This document shows positions 50,001-63,011 of a stretch of DNA of 64,000 nucleotides, one piece after another. Made by a program: the position numbers and the translations under genes. This stretch comes from Malacoraja senta (lineage: Eukaryota). The notes under the pieces were generated by a model, which was not told where the DNA came from, ran no database searches, and saw nothing but the letters and a program-made list of their open reading frames with translations. Location of the stretch: positions 62,001-126,000 of the forward strand of contig JAXLNO010000264.1 in the NCBI GenBank assembly GCA_038087875.1. Direction: 5' to 3'. The stretch's first letter is position 1; the number at the start of each line of letters is the position of its first letter.

Positions 50001-52019
50001 CATTCTCTGATATTGCTACACTATATAAAAATTGCCATTACAAACGTTACAATTTTAATAATTGCTGAAGTTTACGGATGAGAGCTATTTCAATTCTAGA
50101 TACACAAGCCCATCTTCCCTGATCTGTATATAATCCCATAAGGAAATATTACTGTCTGACTAAAATTCAACTGAGATTTTTCAAATTAAGTGATTAAACC
50201 ATTGACATATTAAATTGACAGATATGCCATGACAAACTTTTCAAAATGGGTTTCCTTTTACAAGAAAAATATTTTATGTCTTTTTAATCTCAGTTCAAAC
50301 TGTTTCAAAGCTGTCAGACAACATTGGATAATCTATTAACCATCTTTAATTTACATCTGGTGTAGACACAAAATGCTGGAGTTGTGTCCTCAGCGAGACT
50401 GGGCATCTCTGGAGAGAAAGGATGGGTGATCTTTCGGGTCGAGACCCTTCTTCAGACCAGAGTCAAGGGAAAGGGAAGCGAGAGATATAGATGTAGAGAG
50501 TATTGTCTTCACACTATCTTAGTACTGACACCCGCGACTGTTGATGACCCGTCACTAATTCTCATTTCGGTCATTTTAACACGAGCACAAAGCGTAAAAA
50601 ATTCGAAACTAGATAACGTAGGTAAACTGAGAATGAACCGTCTGCATTAAATTCTTCCTGCTTAAACCGGTCTTTAACAGTGAATATTATTGATTTTCAA
50701 ATCTTTAAATTTGTTCTTAGAAATGCGATCTCACGTTTGGTCGCCGAAACAATTTTGCGTAAAGATGGCAAGTGGGTGTTCGTTTCACTTGTTCAGTTTC
50801 TTTGAAAAATGTCTAGACATGGAGGTGGGATGTTAAATGTTGGACTCATCGCGGTTAATATAATTTTTTTGAAAGTTTGTATTTGATTCTTCTAAACCTA
50901 ACGCAATCTGGCATATTTTACTTAAATGTGTGTTGGTGCTTTGGGAAACAAGACTTTGGATCAGTTGGCGCGTTTGAGGTTACTGCCCATCGCCTTTAAC
51001 AGTCATTTTTTTGTTATTTCTTCTTGCGTTAAAGCCTTCAATTTGCATCTGTTACGTGATCTGGTGACTTCGCAGGAAAATGCACAGGAATCGAGAAACG
51101 AAATAAATAGACGAGAAGGAAATAAATTGGAGAGAGAGGTGGGGTGATGGTGTAGAAGGGGACGTGAAATAAAATAAGGAAATTGAGACACAAGGAACTG
51201 CAGATGCTGGAATCTTCAACAAAAACACAAAACGCTGGAGTCACTTATCGGGTCAGGCAGCAAAAAGAAAAGATGTTATCGTATGTGAGAGAAGGGGAGA
51301 AATAAGAGAAACCCAAAACCGGACAGAATGGGGAAGAAAGAAAAGTGGATTTACGGTCCTGAAACCGGTGTTGATGGAAGAAAGAGTTCGGCAGCATTAT
51401 TGATCTGTTAGTTTTTTCATGTTATCGCATTAAGGAGACAATAAGACCAATATCTCATTCGAAACTATTGGGTAATGAACAGTGTAAAAAAAAACGCTTC
51501 CGCGGAAGGGCACCCAGCAGCCCACATCTGATACCTGTGAAACTCCACCATTACGAGATCTCACAGCCCGGGCGGCTGCATTGCAATGCAAGTTACTCGA
51601 AATGTTTGCATAACAGTTTAGTTGTCATAACGAAATGTAGATTAGGTAAAGAAGCACGGAAGACCGCAGACTCCTCTTAGCCAATCCAATAGCATTGATT
51701 CCAGCTCATATAAAATAGATTAATATCCCGTGTGAAAAAGGGTGCTGACTAGTAACGTCTGCTATCCACGTTCTCCCCAGATGCTACGGATCCGCTGAGT
51801 TATTCCAGTAATTTGCGTTTTTATTTATCAACCAGCATCTGCAGTTCCTTGTATCCAATGTTATAATATTATTATATTAATATTAAGCACTTCCGGAATT
51901 TTGAGTTGCACCGCCTATATAAGGAGCTGTCTGCATGTATTTAAACGCTGCTTCAACGACATTAATAATGCTGATGTGCTTTTTTTTAATAGCAGATTTG
52001 ATAAACTAGTTGGCTGTCA

Positions 52020-52545
52020 CGTTGGTAAGGGGCCGGGAGAGGCGCGGCGCGCGGGCGTGAAAGGAGCGGGAGCACGCCCCGCCAGCCCGGGGTGCACGTG
52101 CACGGCGCGGGCCTGAGGCCCAGCGGCAGCGGGCGGGCGGACGAGGCGCATTCGAGGCGGGTCGTTGGGCGATCGATGAGGGGCGGTAGCCGCCTTCCTT
52201 CTCGGTGAGACGGGCGAGGGGCGAGCGGAGGGAAAGGCCCCGGCCGAAGCCTCGGACACCCGGTCCAGATATGCTGTCGGCCTTCGACGCCAAGGTGGAC
52301 GTGGAGCCCGATAGCTTCAGGAGCCGGTTAAACTCCCGCAGGAAGAGAGAGTTCATGCCCGAGGAGAGGAAGGACGCGTCCTACTGGGAAAAGCGGCGGA
52401 AAAACAACGAGGCCGCCAAACGCTCGCGGGAGAAGCGGCGCTTCCACGACTTGGTGCTGGAGAGGAAGATGCTGGCGCTGAGCGACGAGAACGCCTACCT
52501 CAGGGCCGAGCTGCTCACGCTGAAGGCCCGGCACGGCCTCATCAC
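52020..52545 (+). promoter_or_regulatory. CpG island over the 5' UTR and bZIP of gene B
   Basis: Dense CpG and high GC against AT-rich flanks; contains palindrome GTGCACGTGCAC with E-box CACGTG (52095-52100). Confidence 0.7.
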
Positions 52546-53311
52546 TTCCTCAGCTTATGCCCAAGAGGCACAAATCCTGGACAGCTACATGCAGAAGCAT
52601 CTGGCAAGGCAGAGAAGCTTGGAGATGGATGCGCCTATTTTGGAAGTGGATTCCCTCCCATTCATCCGAGATGGCATCTGCAACAGCCATATGATATGCG
52701 CCCCAGCGAGACTTTCCGTTGAATCTATGTCCCAACATGTACAAGATAGTACATTTCCCAAAACCTATGTTATCCCTACCTCAATTGGACTACAGAAGCA
52801 ACATCCTCCAGAAAGCTCTGCTGATGAACCGACCATGCACAATATTCCCTTGAATCATTTAATATATTCCAGATACCCCTGCTCATTCAATGAAACATAC
52901 GCCTGCTACAAACCTTCAAGTGTTTTCACAACTGCAATAGAAGTGAACAGTAAAAGCAGCAAGAGAGAATCCGAAGATGATGCTGAAGATGAACAAGAGG
53001 TTCCTAAGATGCATCATTTTTCTTCTTTCAAGGGCTGCAGATTTGAATGCCCAACAGTCATGAAATCAAATTGTTCTGCCCTTCCTCACAAACTGAGAAT
53101 TAAGGTAAAACCGATGCTGGCAAAAGAAGAAAAGGATGGTCCAGAATTTGATCTTGAAATGTCCTGGAAGAGACAGACTCCACTCGAAAATACCAGGAAT
53201 ATTTCAATGACAGAGATCAAAGACATTGATGTGAGTTTGTGTGATGGTGTTTGTGAATGCAAAGCAGCATTTAAACCTGTTACTTTATTGCCCATTTGTC
53301 ATTCAGTTTAA
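52271..53311 (+). CDS. NFIL3: NFIL3/E4BP4-family bZIP repressor, paralogue B (346 aa from first in-frame ATG)
   Basis: RRKREFMPEERKDASYWEKRRKNNEAAKRSREKRR, zipper LSDENAYLRAELLTLK, HGLITSSAYAQE, EDEQEVPK and SALPHKLRIK, all NFIL3 hallmarks. In-frame TAG at 52187; acceptor tttttttaaTAGCAG at 51990-51995. Confidence 0.95.
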   Translation: MLSAFDAKVDVEPDSFRSRLNSRRKREFMPEERKDASYWEKRRKNNEAAKRSREKRRFHDLVLERKMLALSDENAYLRAELLTLKARHGLITSSAYAQEAQILDSYMQKHLARQRSLEMDAPILEVDSLPFIRDGICNSHMICAPARLSVESMSQHVQDSTFPKTYVIPTSIGLQKQHPPESSADEPTMHNIPLNHLIYSRYPCSFNETYACYKPSSVFTTAIEVNSKSSKRESEDDAEDEQEVPKMHHFSSFKGCRFECPTVMKSNCSALPHKLRIKVKPMLAKEEKDGPEFDLEMSWKRQTPLENTRNISMTEIKDIDVSLCDGVCECKAAFKPVTLLPICHSV

Positions 53312-53635
53312 TTGAGGCATTTATTATTTGTGACCATGAATTGTTTGTTTATTGCTCATGAATTCTTTATTTTGTGTTTTGCTTGGAAATTTTACATTAA
53401 GGGGGAGAGTAAACTTAAGTTGTACATCAAGTTGGAACTTTTAAACTTTTGATAATGCCATTGAAATTGAATTAATCATATTTTGGGAATATTTTGTGTG
53501 AGAGAGAAAGAATGATCTACCAAGTTGTGGCTTTTATGTACTTATGAAAAATCCCCAAAAGCTTTTTTTATGTCACAGGATGATTTTATCAGATTGCTTT
53601 GATAGCAATGTTTCAAGTACAATGTATTTTTGTGA

Positions 53636-53680
53636 ATTAAATGGAAATACATTTATATGATTAAAAATTTGTTTTTGGAT
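53636..53680 (+). terminator. Candidate poly(A) signals of gene B
   Basis: ATTAAA at 53636 and 53660 followed by GT-rich tttgtttttgg after an AU-rich 3' UTR. Confidence 0.4.
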
Positions 53681-53724
53681 GAAAAACAATGAATAATTAA
53701 CAAGAATAACAATGAAATGAAAAA

Positions 53725-54975
53725 TGAACATACTGCAGAACAGCACAGCACAGGAATAGGCCTTCAGCCCACAATATCCATGACGAACATGATGTTGTTA
53801 AACTAATCTCATATGCCTGCATCTCCATGCGCCTATATAAAAGTATCTTAAGCGTCAGTATTATATCTGCCCCCGCCACCACCCGTGCAACGCTTTCCAG
53901 GCACCCACCTCACTGTATTAAAAAAAATTGCCCCACACATCTACTATAAACCTTTCCCCTCTCATCTTAGCCTTGCTCTGAAGTCTTTGACAATTCCACC
54001 CTGGGAAAAAGGGTTCTGATTATCTACCCTATCTATGTTTAGTTTAGTTTTGAGATACAATGCGGAAACTGGCTCTTCGCCAAGCGAGTCCGCATCGATC
54101 AGCGATCCTTGCACATTAACACTATCCTGCACACAAGGGACAATTTACACATACACCAAGCTAATTAACCTACGTACCTGTACGTCTTTGTAGTGTGGGT
54201 GGAAACGGAAGATCTCGGAGAAAAACCAGGCGATCACAGGGAGAACGTACAAACTCTGTACAGACAGCACCTGTTGTCGGGATCGAACCCGGGTCTCTGC
54301 GCCGCGCCACTATGCCGTCCGATAATTTTTATGCCTCATAATTTTATGTGCTTCGATCAGGTCTCTCCTCAACTTCTGATGTTCCAGAGAAAACAAGCCA
54401 TTTGTCCAACCTCTCCTCATAGCTAATATCATCTAATCCAGGCAGCAATCTGGTAAAACAGCGGTTCAAACAGCATATCTGGAGAAAGGGAATAGGTGAT
54501 GTTTCAGGTCGAGACCCTTCTTCAGACTGAAGACGTCTAAAACATCACCCTATTCCTTTTCTCCAGAGATGTTGTCTGGCCCGCTGAGTTAATCCAGGTT
54601 TTTGTGTCTATCTTTGGTTTAAACAAAATCTGCAGTTCCTTTCTACAGCATTCTGGTAAACCTCTTCCGCACTCTCTCCAAAGCCTCCACATTCTACGGC
54701 GACCAGAACTGCACACGATAATCCAAAGGTGGCCGAACCAAAGTCATACAAAGTTGTTAGAAGACTTCCTGACTGTTGTTCTCAATGCCTTGACTGATGA
54801 AGTCAAGCATACTATATGCTTTCTTTACCATTCTATCTACTTATGTTACCACTTTCAGGGATGTCTGGTCCCGAAGATCCACTTCGCATCAGTGCTGTCA
54901 AAGGTCTTGACATTAACTATATACTTTCTCTCTACATTCGACCGCCCAAAGTACAACACCTCACTTGCTCACTAA
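53725..54975 (-). mobile_element. Degenerate CR1 (-) interrupted by an HE1 SINE (about 54037-54318, -) and a PLE fold-back repeat (about 54460-54645)
   Basis: CR1 tail and RT C-terminal remnants on minus; SINE V-domain; inverted PLE halves. Confidence 0.7.
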
Positions 54976-57150
54976 ACTCATTGCTTTTCGATGCTTTAAT
55001 CATGCTGTAAATCATGTGTAAATTGTCCCTTGTGTGCAGGATAGTGTTAATGTGCGAGGATCGCTGATCGATGCGGACTCGCTGGGCCGAAGAGCCGCTG
55101 AATTACCTCCAGTAATCTACCTGTTTTGTGTTATATCCAATCAGATGTTAAACTTTTAAAAACATGGTAATTTATTGAATACTTTATTAAATCAATTAAT
55201 ATATTCCAGATATTACCATTCATTTAATTCATAATATAAATTTTGATGTCTTTCCAAGTATTTTTATTGGGAAGGAAAAATGCTCACTGGGTAGATCCAA
55301 GTCTGTTTGGCTTTTGGAATCTAAAGTATGAATAACTCTCTGAGAGTGTAAATTGAAGCAGTAGTGCAGTTTCACTGATGTAAACAGCTCTTTGTTCTTC
55401 ACCTGCTATCACTGACTTTACTGTATGAGCGTACATAGTAAACGACAGACAATTTGAATCTCAGAGGCATCAAAATCTAGATATAACTCTCTCAGGTTCT
55501 TGACATACCTTAATTAAGATATAGGTAGTAGTTATAAAGCCGAGGTTCTGTTTCCATCCATTAATATTTTCAGACTTCTGGGTTTTGAACCCTGCGAGGC
55601 TAAGCAGCAACTCGCAGAGACCTTCTCATATCTATCCCATCAACAAACAACACGCCACTGTCTCTCAGACCATCACAGATCTCATTACTCCAGCAGTTTC
55701 CCTTCCACATTTGATAGTTACTCAATCCTGTACTGCCTTTTTCTAGCTCCCATCAATAATCCACAATTAGGGCTACCCTGGTAGGCCATTCTTTCACCTA
55801 GCTCTTGCCTCACTGAATACATCTCCTCATACCTCAATTCTATCTTGCCCACTCCCACCTTCCTTCTTAGCCAGAACTCACACGCTCTGCCATTTCAACA
55901 ACATCTAATTCCTGGCTCATTTTTACCATAAACATCTTTTTGTTCCCTTCACTTTAAATACATACCAGTTTGTTAATAATATAACTGAACATATTTTGGA
56001 TATCTATAAAACACATTAAGATTGAATTCCTTCATATGACTAGTTCCCAGGTTCTGCAGAAAGTGTTTTTTACCACATTTCTTTTGTTTGCTACTATTTA
56101 CATTTTTGAGCGCATTTGAAGTTGTGAAATCATGCGTGATGTATTTTGAGCTGTAACTCAGTTCCAATAAGATATTTGATGGAGCGGGCATTCTTATTTA
56201 TTTGTAACAAAACAGAAGGAAGTCATTTTATCCATCAAGGCCATTCAATTTCCAAGCAGAACAATTCATTTTCCTCTCTTGCAACCCTAACTTATTTTTC
56301 ATTTATATGGATAATTTTCTCTGTAAAGCACTTTGGCTTCATTGATTGAAATTGATTGAAAAGTGCTATATAAATAAATTTACTTTACTTTACTTTACTA
56401 TACTAACTGGCAGGTGCATGTAGAATTGGAGAAGCAGCAACATTTTTAGACACTTTTGTTCCATATCTCTAAAATCTTTGTTCAAAAAAAAATCAAACCT
56501 GGATATAAATTTAGCAATTGACTGAGCGGAGATTGGCAATTGTGGAGGAATGTTGAAAGTATGTGCTGTGTGCAGTGCACTTCACACAAAATGGTGATTT
56601 TCAGGAAGAACATCCTTAGTTCGTATAATTTTTCTTTCTCATTATATCTTGATTCCCACTGCCTTTATTAAATCTTAGTTGAATTCCTTTTTCACAGTAA
56701 TTTCCCACTGAGTTGTGATGTTCTGAACTGCTCTCAGCATTGCTGGTTTAATCATGACTTTTTTAACCTATAGCTAGCATTCTAAGTATAAGATCAACAT
56801 TCTGTGGGCCTTTATGAATATGTGTTTGTGTATCTCCTTGACATTGTTCATTGATGAGTCTCTTTGGACCGGCAGTATTTTCTGCTAATTAGAAATGATC
56901 TTTTTTTCCCCACTTTAGCGTAATGAATTATTTTAATTTATTTACACTGGGAAAATTTGTGTCAAATACCATTCAGCAGTTTTATCCATTAATATATTCT
57001 TGTAATAATGTAATTATCGCTTTAGATCGCTTTAAAACGTAATATTTTCAGCCATCATTAAACGGTATTACTGTATCTTGGAAAAGAGCATATTCTTGAA
57101 GAACTACATTTGATAAAAGTGTCAAAAATTGAAGAGAAATTTAAGAATTC

Positions 57151-57470
57151 CTAGACAAAGTGGGACCCGTTGGGCCCCGTTCCCCCAACACAATATTCCA
57201 CCACTCACTTTTTATATGTAAATGAGATTCGGGATCCCATTGTGATGCCATTGTGAATGTAAACGGAATAATTTGATTAAAACTGAGTTTTTTGAAAATC
57301 GCGATTTTTTAAACGTAAATGAGATTCGGGATCCTATTGTGACGTCATTATAACGCCGAACACGGCTGATGGGCAGGGCAAGTGGAAAAGTCGTTTGAAA
57401 AGTGATTTTTGTAAAGTTTAAAATGTCAATAACTTGTAAAATATACCATCAATTTGAACCAAATTAGTGG
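57151..57470 (-). mobile_element. Helitron 3' fragment related to 1351-1916
   Basis: ctagacaaagtgggacccgttgggcccc parallels ctagaccaagtgcagacccgttgggtctg; internal duplicated gagattcgggatcc..attgtga. Confidence 0.6.
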
Positions 57471-57764
57471 TCTGGATTAATATTCCAGGGATAAGATATT
57501 TAATCAATCAACAACATAATTCTCCTCCAATAGATATTAAAAGCCTGATCCTTTTATTTCATTGAAGACGTCTTTACATTCCTGAATCTCATTTCTACCA
57601 ACTTGTTTGGATATTTTGCAGTTTGTGTTTCGCTGTAAGCATAATTTTACTGCCTTACGGAAAATTAATGTACAGAACGCCATATATCCACACATGGGTT
57701 ACTAAACTATTTACTTGCCAGTTAAAATCCCTGACAAAAATTGATGGTGAATATCACTGAGTCA

Positions 57765-59935
57765 GAGAGACCAAGTGCATGGAAACAGACCCTTCGGCTC
57801 AACGAGTCCATGCTGACCAAGATTCTCACCTGCATTTGGCCCAAATCACTCTAAACCTTTCCTACCCAAGCGCCTGTCCAAAATGTTGTTATTGTCCCTG
57901 TCTCAACTACTTCATCTGGTAGCATGTTCCATGTATGTACTCCCTGCTTAGAACAAGCTGCCTCTCGAGTTACTCTTATATCATTTCACGCTCTCCTTAA
58001 ACCTGCGCCATCTAGTTCTTGATTTCCCCTTACCCGGGAAAAGACACTGCACATGCACCCTATCTATTCCCCTTGTGATTGTATACATCTCTCCAAGATC
58101 ACCGTTCTGCACCCTGGACTTCAAGGAATAAAGTCTTACCTTGCCTAAACTCCCTCTGCAGCTCAGTCCCTCAAGTCCTGGCAAAATCTCCTCTGCATTC
58201 ACTCCAGTTTAATAGCATCTTTCCTATAAGCAGGTAAGCAAAACAGCAGTTCTTTCCCACACAGTACTTCAAGTGTGGCCTCACAACATTAGCCATCCTA
58301 ATGATGATTCATATATCTCAGTCACGGCTCATGCACTTTCTTCTCCAACTTCATTGTCCTTAGACATATCCTATCAGGCCCGGGACGTTCTACCTTGGTA
58401 TGGTTTAAGACATCTAGCACCTCTTCGACTGTAATACAGTCATTAACTTTTCTAATTTCCTTTGTCTTCATGTCTTTCTCCACAATATGAAGAGAGGAGA
58501 AATATACATTGAGGACGATGCTCATCACTTGTGGCTCCACTCTTAGATGACCACTTTGATTTCTGAGGGGCCAGTTTCTCCAATTACCTTTTTCTCTTAA
58601 TATACATAAAATCTCGTATGATTTTCCGTATCTTATCTGGCAGAGTTTTCTCATGCGTTCTTTTTGTCCTGATTTCTTCCTGTATGCTTCTTAATCCCCT
58701 ACATATCTCCAGGGATGCACTTGATCTCTGCTGCATATTCCTGACCCATGCCTCCTTTTACCTGACCAGAGTCTCAATTTCTCTCCTCATTCAAGGTTCC
58801 TTACTCCAACATGCTTATCCTTCACCCTTTCATGGTTGCCTGCCCGTGAATCTGACTATCACTTTTTTTTTTTAAGTATCCCACTTTTTGGACATCACTT
58901 GGCCTGCAAGCAAACGACTCCAACAAACTTTTGCACGTTATTGTTGAATACCATCAAAGTTAGCCTTTCCTCATTTTAGAACTTTAACGTATGGACCAGC
59001 CTGGTCGTCATCCATAACTATTTTAAAGTGAAAAGAACTGTGGTTGCTGGCCCCAAAGTGCTTATCCGCTGTCACTTGCCCTGTCGTATTCCTCAAGAAT
59101 AGGTCAAACTTTGCACTCTTCCTTGATGTGCAAACTATATATTTTCTGAGGAAACTCCTAAACACACCTGGCACATTCCACCCCATCTAAGCCCTTTGCA
59201 CTAAAGTAGTCCCAGTCTCTATTAGTCTTGCAGTTGTCAGCAATCTTCCAGCATATATGTTTCTCTAATTTCATTTGTCTGGGGGCGAATAGTGCAATCC
59301 TAATAAGGTCATCATCCTCTTTTTATTACTCAGATCCACCCATATAAGCGGCACTGGATAATTCCCCAATATTGCCAACTCAGACTATTTCTATGAGATT
59401 CTCCTTAATCAATAAAGCTACCCCCAATCCTCTTTCACCCCCTATCTTTATCTTGCCTAGAGGATGTACCCTGGAGCATTACATTGCCATCCCTCCTTTA
59501 CATGTTCTGTAATGGCTATAATGGCCTAATCACACTTACCTATACATGCTCTGTATTCATCTGCCTAACCTGTCACGTCTCTAGCATTGAAATTAATGTA
59601 AATTAATCCAACCGGCTTTCTTTGCTCCTTTCCTGCTCCTGCCTGTCCTGTACACTGGACTTTCTATCATTGATCTGTATCGACTTCCAGCCTTCCACCT
59701 TCCTCACTCCTGGAATAGATACTATCCTGCTAATCTAGTTTAAACTCTCCCTTGGAGCATGAGCAACCTGCCTGCCAGGACATTGGGCCCCCTCTAGTTC
59801 GTGCGATCCATCCCTCTTGCACAGGTCACCTCTGCTCCAGAAGTGATACCAATACTCTAAAAATCTGAATCCCTGTCCCATGCCCCAATTCCTCAACCAT
59901 GCATTCATCTGTCCGATCTTCCGTTCCTGCCCTCA
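57765..59935 (-). mobile_element. Old CR1 LINE with internal deletions
   Basis: Minus-strand remnants of ORF1 esterase, EN (FGASNH), RPGPDRI and the C-terminus (LPGLEGLS...LYSL). Confidence 0.85.
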
Positions 59936-60419
59936 CTTAATATGTTATGATGTTATATTGGTTTTACATTTTATGCAATGAAAAATTGTAACCATCTGGG
60001 ATTTATGTTTTCCCAAATTATAGAATTTTCATTAAAAAAAATCAATAATATCCCTTGAAGAGTTGGGAAAACTGTATAGCCAAATCAAGAACAAAGTTAA
60101 AATTTGAGGAAATATTTTTGGTTTATTTTGATTCTAAAATACCCTGTTAATGCAGTAACTGTTTTACTGCAGTAATCATTTATACAACAATGAAACAATG
60201 AGCTGTTGTACTTAACAGCTGTTATTTTCTTCACTGGTAATATGAAGTTCCAAATATCTCCTTCAGAAAATGTATGGTAATTATCTTTTGCAACATTTTG
60301 CACATGTATTTCAGTAAATTCGGAACAAGTATTGCAACACTGAATAAACTTGAACAGTGGTTAACAAAATAGATACACAGTGCTGGAGTAACTCAGTGAG
60401 TCTGGCAGGATTAATCAGC

Positions 60420-61430
60420 AGTAGTCATTTTAATGAGGATAACGAAGATGCCAGCAGTAGAATTTTGATATATGGAGTTCAATAAAGCATCCAACAAGGT
60501 CTCTCATGGTAGGCTGCTCTGGAAATTAAGGCACATGGGATCCTTGGAGACTTAATGGATTGGATTCAAAAATTGGCATGGCCAATTGAAAAGTTGTCAA
60601 AGGGTTCAGCAGGATATAGAAAAATTGGAAATTTGGGCAGAGAAATGGCTGATAGAATTTAATCTGGAAAATTATGAGGTGTTGCAGTTTAGAGGATTAA
60701 ATGCAAGAGGAAAATATACAGTATATAATAAATGAAAGGGCTCAGATCAAGGGTGCAAGTCCAGAGCTTAGTGAAAGCAGATAGGCTGCTAAAAATGGCA
60801 AACCCCATACTCACCTTCGTTGGTTGAGGTGTTGAGTATAAAAGCTGGGAAGTCCTGTTGCAGCTGTATAAATCTTTAGTTAGGCCACATTTGATGTATT
60901 GCCTGTAATAAATTCAGATTGCTGTATTACAGAAAAAATGTGGAGGCTTTGGAGAGGACAGAGAAGGGGTTTACCAGAATGCTGCCTGGATTAGAGCGTA
61001 TTAATTATTAGGAGAGGTTTGACGGGCTAGGATTGTATTTTTCTGGAATGTCAGAAGGGACAATCTGCAGGAAGTATATAAAATTATGAGAGGCATAAAA
61101 TAGAGTAGATAGAGCTATTTCCTAAACTACAGTATAAATGTCAAATACAAGAGACCATAGCTTTAAAATAAGAGGAGGAAAGCTTAACTGAGATCTCTGA
61201 GTGCAGATATTGTATACGGAAAGTGGTAAGTGCTGGAGTGCACAGCCAGAGGAAATGGTGAAAGCAGATATGATATCAATGTTTAGGAGACATTTAGACA
61301 GATGCATAAACAGATAGGGGATGGAAAAATATAGAATACGTGCAGGTAGTTGTGCAGTTTAAATTGGCATCATGATTAGCATAGATATTGTCGGCCAAAG
61401 GGCCTGTTCTCATGCGGTACTGTTCTGCAT
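60420..61430 (+). mobile_element. Old CR1 RT 3' portion
   Basis: YMEFNKASNKV, gttaggccacatttgatgtattg, gggcctgttctcatgcggtactgttct tail. Confidence 0.8.
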
Positions 61431-63011
61431 TTTATGCTAAGATAAATGAACAGCATACAATGTTGATCAATGTTATAAACAATTTTGAGTTCTGCTGGTA
61501 TACAACTAACAGCATCAGACCATCACTTGTTTTAAGGAAGTGGAAGTAAACACCATTTCTGATACCCTGACAATTTCTGGGTGTCACGACTAAGAATGTT
61601 GCGGATTGATGTGCGAGATCAGACTGGTTCGGTGCACCACCTAATCTTTAGGCTGTATAATAATTTATCGGTTCCAGTGGCAACCATATAATTGCTTTTT
61701 GGTAGTGTAGAAAACAAATTGTCAGTTTAATCATCTATTTTGTTGCAACATAATATTTCATTCCTGTAAGGAAAGAGAAATAATTTTAAAATTTAGATAT
61801 GCAATTAAAATATGCGTTTTATCATAAAAGCCAATATGACATAGAAATAGTTTAAAATATTTTATGGAATTTGGCTTGTTTTATGTAAAAAGCACCGAAG
61901 GCTATAAAGTAAGTTTTTACAACTCTTGCGTCGTGGAGACTTTCAGAATAGCTTTCTACACGATATAATTTACGTCCACGGCAATTCTTATTCTTTTTGG
62001 TGGCTTAGTTTCTACCATCATCTTTTCATACCCTCATGCCTTAAGCTAAAGCAATTGTCACTGGAGCAAGAAGCTTTATGCCTTGCCCTAGGTCTAAGGC
62101 TTGGTCGTAATGTTATTTTAGGCTCATGGACTTCAACGTGTTATTTAGGTTGATGGTCCTATGCTGAATTACAGTGTGTTGTGTTGCCGAAGGCGGCATC
62201 ATTTTGATGGGGAGTTAAACCTTTTAGATGAATGTGAAACCCGCTACGTCAAAATATGAAGTAAAGAAGCACTCGGGTTCTGAAAAATATTATTTTCCAG
62301 CATTCTAACTTTGTCCCTCTTTTGGCTGGATCAAATTATGTTGAAACGTAACAGTTTGGTCTTAAAGGCTTCTATCTTCAAAACGAAACACTATTTCTTT
62401 AAGTCTGTTGTTTTAATAATTATATCAACAATGCAAATAAGGTATTGCATTGGGTTTTAACATTTTGCAGACTTTTGACTGTGATGTCTGGGCAGATTAG
62501 ATTAGGCTGCTCTTTTTTAATCTACAGAGTTATTGGAAATTGAGTTGGTTCAGTAAAGCACGATCACTTTGCCTGCTTATCTAGCAGGTAGTGAGACAAA
62601 AATCAAGTCAGTATCTTTCTTTTGATTTGTGAAAAGCTAATCTAATACTGAAGCACATGCAATACATCATTTAAATTAATTTTATATTGCAATTGTAAAT
62701 ACGGTTTAGAATAGCTGCAACATTAAAGGTGATGATTTACTCACTAAAATCATTATATTGAAAGATATTTAAAAGTAAATTGTAATATGCAACATATATT
62801 TTTCATTGTGTTTATATCATTATTAAAGCATGCAAAAAATAACACTGACTTTTTGGAAAGAAAATTGTTTTTAAATTGCATAATGGTCTATTTTAACCAC
62901 CTTCTGTGCCTGGCATTTTTGTGGATCTTATTTAAAATGTGCATTTGTTATTACTGTTATTTGAAATTTCCTTGCCAGCAGCATACTTGTTATGAATCAA
63001 GTGAAGAGTTA

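Noticed and set aside
52205..52270. GTG start given by the ORF track for gene B
   Set aside because: Eukaryotic gene; first in-frame ATG at 52271 is preferred, though non-AUG initiation is not excluded.
61450..63000. Possible exons of a neighbouring gene in unique AT-rich DNA
   Set aside because: The candidate splice sites examined did not bracket open, protein-like frames.
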